DNA of 64,000 nucleotides, taken from assembly GCA_030141605.1 (NCBI GenBank), contig JAQGDQ010000215.1:124001-188000 (forward strand). The letters are read 5' to 3'. The stretch comes from Tubiluchus corallicola (taxonomy: Eukaryota; Animalia; Priapulida). The position numbers were made by a program, and so were the translations under genes. The notes below the pieces were generated by a model. The model was not told where the DNA came from, did not search any database, and saw nothing but the letters and a program-made list of their open reading frames with translations. Shown here in pieces: positions 12,901-24,422 of this stretch (position 1 is its first letter; each line of letters starts with the position of its first letter).

Positions 12901-15900
12901 TTAAACCATTACATACAGCATTACAGAACAAAAGCAAAATTTACCAATAAATAAACTTCCTAACACATCGCAAATCAGCACGCATGCACAAAAACACACA
13001 TATGCAGGCACTTTAAACAGTTGCAAAAAATCAATAATTTGGCATGATTGTGACAAAATAAACACCATCAGGACTATTAAGAAAGCAAATAAATTACTGC
13101 AAAGCTCTTCGTGAAAATAAGCAAACAAATGAACTTACAAACATTTGAGAATCTGTATAAGAAACTTCAAGCCAATTTTCAGAAATCAACAGAAACAAAC
13201 TAAAACACAACTACAGGCATCTATACAACTAGAAACAGGATTTTGTACTATTCAAAGGCTGTCTAACTTTTCATACTAGAGAACTCAAGCATGTTAAACA
13301 CACACATCTACAGGCAATGCAAAATAACGACGCTCTCCGGCCAGCACACCTGGCTTCACTATACCCACACTAGCCTGTGAGATCACAAGCAATGTGACAA
13401 TAACCTTTCATTTTTGCACTTATTGTTTTTTTAGATTTTAATTCAATGGTTAGTAGAGTTCTGGGCATGACAAAAGTGAACATGGACGCTTTGCGAGTTG
13501 AAAGCAGCACGTGGGCGTCACAGTTTCATGATGCTATGAATGTTAATGGAGGTGACATAGAAAATGCAACCAGTGTAGATTATGTCATGCATTTCTTAAC
13601 ATTTGGATGGAAGGTGAGCAGATAAACATTAAACAAAATGAGTTGAAGGCCCCCTACCTGAGACTTAAGATTTTCCTACATTTTTGTTTGGCTTCTTTGC
13701 TCTATTTTGCAGTGTAGAAAAAATTGTCCATTCATTAGCATAATTTTTTGTTGTGTGTTACTGAATTCCTGGGTTACTTGTCTTGGATTTTATAATGTAC
13801 AAATAAATTTTATTTGCCATGAGTTTTGGTATACAGTAAAAGCTTGAATGGCATGCCTTAGAAATGAGTAGGTACTCTAATGCAAAGTTGAGCCATTTAC
13901 AATCAGATATAGTATAGTAGTTTAGCAGTTTGTTCCACCCATCTCAAGCAATATACATAACAAAAAATGCAGCAATATCATTACTTGGGATGCAGAGGAG
14001 TCAGAAGACGAAGCTTGTAAGCCTACCCTTGCCTAATTATGGTTGGATTGATGTTTGGATGAAGGATTAGTAGAATGAAAGATGGTTGAAGTAGTGAATG
14101 ATTGACGGTGGTTGAAATAATGACAATAATACCTTGCTACAGTTATCACTGAGCTTGTAAATTCAAGAAGAGTTACACTACAGTAGAGTAGAATTTTGCC
14201 CACATGTACTGTAAGAGCCTGCAGAAGAAAGAAAACTGGACACAAATAAGTTCTTAGTTAAGGTATGTATTATATAAATCATTCTTTGTTTGCCTTTTGA
14301 ATTTTCCTATATTTGTTATGGTCTTGTGAGATTCATGAATTTCATTCCATGCTTTTGGTTCTTGATAACTGACGAAGTGATTTGCAAAACTTGTTCTGCA
14401 GAAAGGTTTGTAAAATTCGTTATATCTTGTGTTATAATTAGGTTGAATCTGTTTTACTGGGTTTATATAAAAAGAAGGATGCAGTTTGTTATGTAAAGAT
14501 ATCCAAATTTTAACATTGACAGTACACCTACAGCAAAGAAGCGATATAAATTTTATACTAACATTTGCTGAATCGACTTGTACCTTTTATAAATTTCTAT
14601 GTCGTATCAAAAATAATTTCATTTTAGTCAAGTTTAAGATGTAAGTTACCACGTAATAAAGTGTGAATTTTATTTGCTTCAGTATTTAATTCATTAATCT
14701 TAATATAGTTTATATAGACATGTGTGCCTTTTTATTTTTATGAATTAATGTAATTAAGACTTTGATCAATTGCCATTAGCACAATGTTAATGTTACTAAC
14801 ATCTAATTAGAGATGACTGACTGGGTGACCGTGTGGTCTTTCGTCACCTCTGCTCGTGTTTCTGTATCATAAGCACTAACACCTTAACTACTGTATTAAT
14901 TAAATTAATCAAAATATTTCTGAGTAAAATTACTGTTACTATTACTACCATTACTAACTGGAAGATATTTTGAATTATACTGGTTAAAAGTATCTTAAAA
15001 TTCTTTACACATTGATCAGTGAAGTGTGTTCAGTTACGATTCTAATAAAAAGAGAAGAAATCCAAGAAAGCATTTGCAAAATTCCATAAAAATATTCTAG
15101 AAACAAAAGCCAGTTCTTTAATTGTACACACAATTCCCCTAGCATATTAGTACAGTAAATCTTATTACCAACTGTAATGAATTATAGGACTTTCCTACCA
15201 TCTTCTCTCATAACTTGGTTACCTGCTGTGTTTTTAGATCATTTTTGCTTTAATACCGCCCCCATCAATTCTTGGAGGATGGTTATGCTTCATCATATCT
15301 CTCATCATGATTGGTCTTCTTACCGCAATTGTTGGAGATCTAGCAGGTGAACAACTTACTTTTTACATTGTAATCAATAAGTTTTGTCAATCAAGTGGTA
15401 GTAATTTTTATACGTCACACAGTGGTGGCTCATAATTAAAATTAATGGGGGTACTGCTTCAGAAAATTTTTAAGCCATTGTTTTAATACTGTGTAAAATG
15501 AAACAAACATATGTAATTTTAATGTTGTAATTTGTAATTGTAATTTTAAACAAAAAAAACATAGGAAAATTTATACGTAGACTTGATAAAGTCCTAAACC
15601 AAAAATTTTGTCGCTTATGAATAGCTTAAATTGCCGCAGTTCAAGAACATGCCTGTACACGGTTTTTAGGCATGTGACAACTGATAACAAACTGTGTAAG
15701 TGACAATACTTTCTCTACCTAGCAGCAGATGCTAGCAGTGCAGGATACAACATGTTATCTCAGACATATGCACATGGCTGTATGCACCCAACAGCCAAAC
15801 ACACCACTGTGCTGGGCTGTGAAGCAAACAGTATTACCCTCATGTATTCTGGTTCCGTACAAGTATAAAGAAAGAACTAAAGAAAAAAGATATTGAACGT

Positions 15901-17545
15901 TATCGATAATATTGAGTGAAAGTAGGTGATGCTGCAGTTCCATAGTACCTACACATGAATCGCCATTAACCTCCGACTGATTTTGGTTAAAAAAAATATT
16001 TCTGCTTCAGGAATTTTCGGTTGTCTTATTGGTTTAAAAGATGCTGTCACAGCTATCACATTTGTGGCCCTGGGTACAAGTTTGCCTGACTTGTTTGCCA
16101 GCAAGCAGGCAGCTGCAATGGAAAAATACGCTGACAACTCTATTGGTATGTTTTCATTTCAGTATTTTACAGAACAATAAAAAGCTGAGTTTTTCATTTG
16201 ATATAAGCTAGCTAAAGCAGTGCCAGACAATCACAGGATAATGTAAAGATCATTCTCCAACCAGGCACCTTTGCCTTTTATTTTAATGCATGATAATTTC
16301 AAAACCATCATCGCTTGGCGTATTAAGGAGCACTTTCCTACTGGTAATAAAACATACCGAACCATTTGCTTTCTAAACATTTTAAATTTGTTATTTTTAG
16401 GGAATGTAACTGGTAGCAACTCTGTCAATGTATTCTTAGGCCTGGGTTTGCCTTGGCTGATAGCCTCCATCTACTGGATGGCTAAGGTAAAGAAAGAAAT
16501 GTTATCAATCTAGTGACATTTTTAAATGAACACAATTTAGAATTTAAAGCTAAACATTTTTAAAACCTATTTTTGAACTAAAGGGTGTGAGAAACAGCTT
16601 TTTCAATTCAATTCAATTTTAATTTATTTATCTCCGTATAATACTACAATAAAACATGATTAATAAAAGAATCTCTAATAAGTTTTGAAGAATGGTTAAA
16701 ATGTATAGATAGATCTAGAACTAGAGAAAGGATAGCGAAAAGACTATAAAGTCACCTAGTCTGCTATCATTTACCGAATATAGATTAAATGATGTTTAGA
16801 TACTGGTGGGCATTAATGTTATCAGTTTAATTTAGGAAACATTAATTACTTTAAAATTATGACATTTGCTATATAATTAAGTAAGCCAGAGTAAACAAAA
16901 CACGTGTACTTTAATTAGCGGGCAACAAAAAGGTAAGGTCAATCTTGATTAAACTAAAAATAGCATTTAGATTTTATGTGAAATACAGGTCAAAATTGTT
17001 ATGAAATGGTAAAAACACTTTGGGTTAATAATGCTATTAATCAACAACAGGAGTTATATACATTTTGATTTGAATTCAACTTCATTATTTCTAGGCTTAT
17101 TGATTAAGAACAAATCTACTGACTTGGACAATAAGTGGACAATAAGCTGACTAGTCAAAAGTGTGTGCTTGGCTGTGAAGTTAAGCAACATTCGTGTGAT
17201 TAGTCAGTATAGTAGTTATTGTGAAATCTTATCTGCTGTACTGCAGCACATTGATAATGCATAAATCATTATTTTGTAACACAACTTTTTGTCACTTTAC
17301 AGGATGGCTCAACGTTTGTTGTACCAGCTGGTTCGTTATCGTTCAGTGTAGCTCTGTATGCTATATGTGCTGTTATCACCATTGCAATTCTTCTCATTCG
17401 TCGCTATATGGGAATTTTTGGCCACGCGGAGTTAGGCGGACCTTTTGGGCCAAAGCTGGCATGTTCTCTCTTCATAGTAACTTTATGGTTATTGTATGTA
17501 CTGCTCTCAGCCCTGCAGATTTATGAACATATTCCAGGGTTTTAA
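3962..17545 (+). CDS. SLC8A: Sodium/calcium exchanger (SLC8/NCX family), 5'-partial, spliced
   Basis: GT-AG exons 3962-4129, 7688-7896, 9571-9806, 10192-10385, 11953-12097, 13435-13613, 15238-15346, 16011-16145, 16401-16486, 17303-17545(TAA). They total 1704 nt in one continuous frame. Encodes two Calx-beta domains ([23 protein letters not shown]; [20 protein letters not shown]), [12 protein letters not shown], the alpha-2 repeat [32 protein letters not shown], and C-terminal TMs. N-terminal exons lie upstream of the window; the paralogue number cannot be assigned. Confidence 0.95.
5650..7400 (+). mobile_element. Degenerate non-LTR retrotransposon (LINE) reverse transcriptase relic, interrupted by a MITE
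   Basis: Frameshifted RT motifs [23 protein letters not shown] (about 5810-5900), [16 protein letters not shown] (about 6555-6602) and GAPCSCLLF (about 6737-6763). Boundaries approximate. Confidence 0.7.
5912..6439 (-). mobile_element. MITE family A copy 1 (hAT-like ends)
   Basis: Reverse-complement match to the copies at 15420, 45176 and 54478; ends in atgagccaccactg; flanked by direct repeat atcaatac(ccat) at 5904 and 6440. Confidence 0.85.
8270..8968. repeat. 58-bp tandem minisatellite, about 12 copies (NCX intron)
   Basis: Unit cactagtatcatcttagggcagttcattacagttacagcagaaaatagagatgttatg. Confidence 0.97.
10999..11592. mobile_element. hAT-type MITE (cagggg...cccctg) containing a nested MITE at 11058-11475
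   Basis: Outer ends caggggggt / gacccctg. Inner ends ccggggtgtat / atacacccctg, with near-identical 8-bp flanks actaatgt / actaattt. Confidence 0.65.
15420..15968 (+). mobile_element. MITE family A copy 2
   Basis: cagtggtggctcat...gctgcagttccatagtacctacacatgaatcgccatta; colinear with the other three copies. Confidence 0.85.
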
Positions 17546-18473
17546 AACTTGGGAATTGTGCGGGTTTGCAAACTTTATTGAATGTAATGAATGGATCATA
17601 TTGCCCCCATTATTCTGATAATTATGTCAAATTTGCTCTGCCTTTTTTGAGCAGCATATCACAATTATGGCATGAACATTTTGCATCTATGCTTTGCCCA
17701 CCTAATGTAATTGTCATTGTATAATATTACTCATTATTGTATGTACTGATTTAAGCTTTAAAAAAGTTTTTAATAGAATTGTGTCTAAATGTAAATACCA
17801 GTATAATTTATTAATTGTGAGACTGTTAAACAAATCTCTGTGCCTTTTCATAGCTTGCTACTGTATTTTTTCACACTCTTGGTAAACATTCTAATATTAT
17901 TTTTTGTGATTATGTTCTGAAATTTTGGTACCAGGTGTGTTCGGTGTCCATTATTGTTTGTTACTCATTTATATTCTTGTGCAAGTTGTTTAGTACTCAT
18001 GATGACATAATGTAAACAAACATGGTGCTGTTTTTATTGTACTACATGTTTAGAAGCTCTATTTGTATTTATGAAGCACATCTGTTGTTAATCTTAAAAA
18101 TTATAATTTCTTTTCTATAATGCTTTAAACTAGCCAGCTCTTATTGTGTTATACGATGCCGATAGATAAGCTTTGCTGTAGATAGGATAAAAGGTAGGTG
18201 AGGTGACTGGCATGCAATACTAGATGACTAGGTAGCTGTGCACTGCCTTTATGCTATCTACAAATCTAGTCACTGAGTTAGGGTTGTTTTACTGTAGTAT
18301 TTTCTGTACCATTAATGATATAAATTTTTTTACACCCATTTATAACTGCAGTTGGTTCAACTTTATGAGTAGTCATAGGTTATAAACAGTTTCAAGTGAA
18401 ATTAGTCGATTTCGTCCTGTACTCACTGAGATAAGAGCATCCTATCTGAGTTCTTCAGATTATATCCCAATGT

Positions 18474-18910
18474 CAGCGGCGGATTATGATTTTATGGGCC
18501 TTAGGCTTGAGCTTGGAACGGGCCTTTTAAATGTTGCTACACTGCTGAGCTGACGTGTTTTTGTGGAGCTCTCGTCGGGCCCTTTGTGGTGCCCCCAGAA
18601 AAATTCGGAAACTGAAATTTTGAACTTAAACTTAAACTGTGTAAACGTGAATTGTGAAAACTTAAATTGCGTAAACTTGAATTGTGTAAACTTAAATTGT
18701 GTAAACTTGATTTGTGTAAACCCGATTTGAAATATAGTGACTGACTTTTCAAAAAAACTTTTTTCTATATTTTATTTTGGCGGGCCCTTGCTCTTTTGTC
18801 AATTTATTTTGTTTACAAAAAATTTTTTTTTTCGTTTTATTTTGCCGGGCCCCTTTTGATCCCGGGCCTTAGGCTTCAGCCTATTCAGCCTATAGGGCTA
18901 TCCGCTACAG
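18474..18910. mobile_element. hAT-type MITE with 8-bp TSD cccaatgt
   Basis: Ends cagcggcggat / atccgctacag; exact TSD at 18466-18473 and 18911-18918; internal gggccc motifs and short aaacttaaattgtgt repeats. Confidence 0.85.
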
Positions 18911-19271
18911 CCCAATGTTGTGAACACATTGTTCTAGGACCTTAATCAGAACAAAATGTTGTGCAAACATCACATTTGTTAATAGAATTGCACAGCATTA
19001 ATTACACCCTAATCATGCATTAATTACTTTTCGTGAACCTGTAACATCACAATATGTAACTACGTCTTTCAGTGAACGTAAAAAAACTTGTGAAGTGAAC
19101 TGATTGAGTCGTGAACCTTTCATGGCCGACTGTGATTGTTGTAAATTCCGTGCTCCATAGTTTGCAATAAGTGGTCTAAATCATGTAAATTATAATCAGT
19201 AGATTGTTGATAAAACATGCAATAACAAATTAATAATAATATTTTGTCAAAATTGTTCACATAGCTCTAAT

Positions 19272-19602
19272 CAGTGGCATAGCCAAAAAGGGGAGCAACT
19301 GCCACCCTGAGCACATTTTTCAAAATTGGAGTCTTTTCAAATTTTTTTTCAACTCTTTAGTTCACTTGTGTCATTTATGAGATTGTTTTGAGATTTATGA
19401 GCCTACCGTAAAACTTTTTATTGTGTTTTAATTTTATATACAAAACAACAATTATGTACTTCCTATAAAACTGTATCTTCCTCGTGTTTTGACTTTAAAC
19501 AGAAAATTAAAATGTATCAATGCCTCGAAATTGTTTGATATGTGTCACGGCACCTTTTTATATGCTTCTTCCCTCTAACTTTAGAACCTGGCTACGCCCC
19601 CG
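19272..19602. mobile_element. hAT-type MITE with 8-bp TSD gctctaat
   Basis: Ends cagtggcatagcca / tggctacgcccccg; exact TSD; reverse-complement homologue at 61801-62389. Confidence 0.85.
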
Positions 19603-20640
19603 GCTCTAATTATCACATTTGTGCTTTTCCTAATATTTAAGGCTCTGAATGTTTTCGGTGTGAAAGTTTAGGCTTAAACATAGCTGTATATTTCAAATTA
19701 TAACTTATAGTTAATATTAATATATTAATAATTATTATTCAACTTTATAGTCTTGAGGTTCACATTACACTTGAAATGGTATGATTATAACTTGCATAGC
19801 ATTGATTGTATTACTAAGCTTGAGCTAACAGGATTAGGGATAAATATCAGCATTTGGCATTTCTTACGTTGTTAATAATTATCCCATTAAGGGGATAATA
19901 ATTGTTATAAATCACCACGAGTGTAATTTTACTATTAATTTAAGCCTATTATGTATTTACTGAAAATGGCATGTATGTGTGGGCAATTCTATAGGAAAAA
20001 CTACTTTCTACGTTGTTGCTGCTAACAATGTGTTTACACTGGGTTTCATTTAAATATTTGTGTTGCAACTAACTATTAATGATTTGACAAGGCTAAGTTC
20101 TTATATGTATTGTGTTGTCTTTAACTCTCAGTTTATTTACTTTTGTTGTTTTTGTCTCATAGTGTGTTCACATGTACATGTTAAATTACATTATATTTAT
20201 CTAGTCACTGTGCTGTTAAGTACTTATAATTTTATTTATATAATGAATAATAATGTACTGTATTGTTTGGATATCCAGGTTTTTGTCCATCTGAATCAAT
20301 TGATGAACTTTTAAGATGGGCGTAACGTATTAATAACAATTTATAATATATTTTTGTGACAAACTTGTGAACATTCACATGTCAAGAATACATGATATGT
20401 ATGACTGCTATCATTCTATATTACACGTATTATTATATTCGTTTTGATATGCTTATGTGCTACGTAATTGTAACCAACAACTATAACATTAATAAAAGAG
20501 TAATTATAATTTACCACAGCACCATTTTCTTTCTTAGCATTTTCCAAAGTTATAAGTTTGCATTTAGCTGTTTATGGTAAGAACCGAACCAGACTGAATA
20601 TGATATCCAAAAAATTAAGACTATTATTAAGCTAATAGCC

Positions 20641-20874
20641 TATTGTAATAATATTACAACGGAATTATGAGTGAACAACTAAAAGCAAACGGCTTGTCAT
20701 TTTGGTGGCTTTGTCTGAAGTTTATGAAAGCCACTTTCACTGAATTTTCTTGGTCAATAATGTAAGAAAATTCAATGAATGTAGCTTTCATAAACTTTAG
20801 GCAACGCCACCAAAATGACAAACTGTTTGCTTTTAGTTGTTTACTCATAATTCTGTTGTAATATGATTACAATA
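20641..20874. repeat. Long inverted repeat (fold-back): about 110-bp arms, about 14-bp loop, about 90% identity
   Basis: The left arm tattgtaataatattacaac...gaattttct is the reverse complement of the right arm agaaaattc...gttgtaatatgattacaata, with 11 mismatches by manual alignment. Confidence 0.93.
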
Positions 20875-21462
20875 TAATATAGGTATGTCACTATATGCAC
20901 AAGAGGCACACACTTGAAAGCACATTACTGGTACAGGCTTATTGTAACATATGGAAAACTACATTATTGTAATACAACACAATTACATTTTGTATTAAAT
21001 TCAGATGTATTACATTCACATGTGGCATATTATTGTGTCCCATTCAATGCATTCAATCTCCCATTGTGATATTGCACAAACATTACACGTAAGGCTAAAA
21101 TTTTATATTGTCCACCAGGTAAAAGTTATCACTGCAACATGTTACATTGTAATGATCTTGGTTAAACAGTATGGTTATCAGGGCTATAGCCAACTTAGCA
21201 ATTGACATACAATGACAAGTTTGAAAACCACATTCTCAAGCAGGCGGACTGAGTCAGTGAGATAATGAGATCAGAGCTGATTAAAGAATTTCGTTGCTCT
21301 TACGGCGGACAGATGGTGCTGCTGCGCATTCTTGAGCGTGTATTTTGAAGTGCAGTAATTTTTATTAGTGTAGATTTCTTGAGTTTTGTAGTGTTAAATA
21401 TACAAGTATATTGTTTACTTAACTTTTTGACGAAGTTCCTATTCTGATTTAACGAAAGAAAG

Positions 21463-24367
21463 ATGGCACCATTTATGTCCGTAAAAGATGGTGAATACAC
21501 CGCTATAATTTATGGAATGGTAAGTGATAAAATTCTAAAAGAGAGTATACTTTGAAACGTACGCGATGTGCAGGCTGCAAACTTTGTAATGTGGTAAGAA
21601 TATGTGTTGTACAGTGGCGACCGGGTGACAGCAAGAAATTTATTTAAACTCCCTGAGCCATTTAATTACACTTTGTGTAGCACTACATGATTTAAAATCT
21701 CAGCACAATGAAATATATAAATTATAATAACATTTGTAAGATACATATTTATAATTCAATGAAAAAAAATAATTCACTGCAATAATTTATTTGAAGTTTA
21801 TTTGTCTTACTTCTACGTCTTTAAATTATTTACTGTGCAGTTAAAAACAGACTAGTTATGTACATTATTGATAGTAATTGACACAAATAGACAATAATAA
21901 TATTGTTGAGTATGGAGTTGTTGGGAGATTTAACAAACACAACAATTTCTATAGGCACTACATAAGTGGCACCCCTTTGGCTGCTAATATACATACAGAT
22001 TAAAAGTGCAAACGTGACAACATATTATATATACAAATAGGAGTTTTGGTGCCCATAATGGTATCGTCCGTATTGCGCTATCCTGCATTTGTAGACCTGT
22101 AAGGATTAAGTTGTAACCTGAGCAGTGCACAAAAAGCTCTTTTCAAAGCATTATAACCAGCTGATATTTCATGTGATATGACTTGCAGTTTCTTATGTTT
22201 TAGACATCTCTTTAGCAGCAGATTACATGAAAAACGTTTTTGCATGTATTTCAGATCAAAGAAGCTCGTTATCATGAAGTTATCCAGATTCTAAATAACA
22301 TGATCCAAATGCAAAATAAGGTACGACAATGCAAAACCTTTACTTAGTGTTTTTTTTTTAGTTTGCCTTTGCAATCGTTTATTTAACTGCAGCTGACTGT
22401 TGCACTCAGAAAAATTATCTATGACACAGTCTACGTTTATTTTCTATGACACAGTCTAGAGCTGCCTTGTCGCTGCTGGCGTACTGCTACTTCCAGTGCC
22501 AGGAGTTCATTCTTGCCTCTGACTGCTACGAAGTGTTGGCTAATCAGTATCCGGAAATGCCTGAATATCAGTAAGTTTACGTATTTATATACAGTAAGTC
22601 CTCGCTTAACGACGCTATGCTTTCCAGCAAAATGCGACGTTAAGTGAAACGTCGACAAATGAAGCCAAGACTTCCTGAGAAAGTAATGTAAAAGAACTGG
22701 GATACGTCCCAGAGACAAAAACCAATGCTGGTTAAATCACGTAAATTAAACGTTTTATGAGTTTTACTTATGTTTCTAATAACTAATTTCTTTTTTCTTG
22801 CTTGAAACCACATTTGTATCTTACTTACCTGGCTAGCAGTTTCTCTTTAGTTAACGTTTAAGTCTAGGCAGCGCTTGAACAGCAGCAGAGTCAAAGCCAA
22901 GCCCTGGGGTGTCCTTGAGAATTTTATCTAGAAGCTTAGTACACACTAGTCTGGTTGCTATGACAACAGATTGCAGGCAAAATTGCTTCACATAAAGTTT
23001 GCTCCCAGATCTCGTTTGATAAAATGCGGTCAGTCAGGAAGCAAAAACTTATATGCTGATTGTAATGATTGCAGTGTTTACATTACTAGTGTGTTTTAGA
23101 GCAGAATAATGCAATATGTGTTGTTTTAAGGCAACAAATTAAGTAAAAACTTGTTCATAAAATAAAAATTGGCTTTGCGAAAAGCAAGAAAATCGTCGTT
23201 AAAACGAAACGGTGCGTCGTTAAGTGAAAAAAGTGTCAAATGTTCTTCGTTCTTCGACAAAATGTCGCTTTAAGCGAGGACGTACTGTATATTTATTTTT
23301 TCCTGTTGGTATCCTGTTTAATTTTTCAGATACCAAGTCTAAAAATTATCATTAGTTTCTCAAGATTTATATTCGTCATAGAAATGTGTTTGTATTGTTG
23401 ACAAATGATTTTCTCAATGCCTGATATGTACAGCTTTTCATTATTATTCATAAATAATTATATTAAATATTTCGTAAGTAAATCTTATTTGTATGTAATA
23501 GCAGTTAGGTATCAACGTATTATACGTTCATATCTCAGTTTGCCTGACAAAAGTGGAGACATGTCGGTCCAACTTTGCGGATTGTCTGTATTTATTGATA
23601 CTAAGCTCATGCGCCTTGTATTAGACTCACGGTAATGTGCAATCAATTGCCTAATTGTCTCTAAAACGTCTAGTAAGGGCTGTTCCTATGCAAAAGTATA
23701 TAAAAACTGTCGGCAATTGACTCAAATAACTCCTCATAATTGACTCTATATTTTTATAAATAGAGATATACTCCTGATTACACTGATGTAATGACGTAAG
23801 CAAAGTGACGGCCTGCCAACTAGCAGTCAGCTGGTTGTAACGGATTGTGTCCGTAGTATGCGGGACTTTTTAGTTGTCCAAATTTTGTCCGATTCTACCG
23901 ATGTCCATAAAAGCGAGGTTCGACAAACCGAGATATGGGTGTAATTTGAATTTAATGTTTGTGTCCTTGTGTTTTTAGGCTTTATTATGCGCAGTCTTTG
24001 TACAAAGCTGCTTTCTACGATGCTTCAATGAAGGCTGCTTGTCAGATAGACCAGCCCAATTTTCAATCACAGGTAAACGATACATAATCTTTTTGCTACA
24101 GTGATGCTGTTTATATCATTACTGCCGTCAGTGACTTACCTCGATACGTTACTGATAAGGCCACAACCCATAGCTACCATGCTATTGCAAAATGTTTTTC
24201 ATCAATACTTTGTACTGATTTTTGTCACATACGTAATTGTTATGTATGCTGTTTTTATGGCACTATGTAAGTTGACACAAATTTTATGTTAATTCATCTT
24301 TAAAATTTATTAATAGTTACTATGGTCCTTGTTTATCATTTTATTGATAATGACGATAATGACGTTG

Positions 24368-24422
<55 letters not shown>

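Noticed and set aside
18400-18462. Minus-strand CTGAAGA-hairpin-GGACGAAA hammerhead-like string
   Set aside because: Seven unpaired nucleotides separate the stem from GAAA, and no cleavage-site/stem III geometry is present.
17546-21462. Polycistronic operon linking the three co-oriented genes
   Set aside because: About 4 kb of repeat-containing sequence separates the coding regions, and nothing in the sequence shows directly abutting cistrons.
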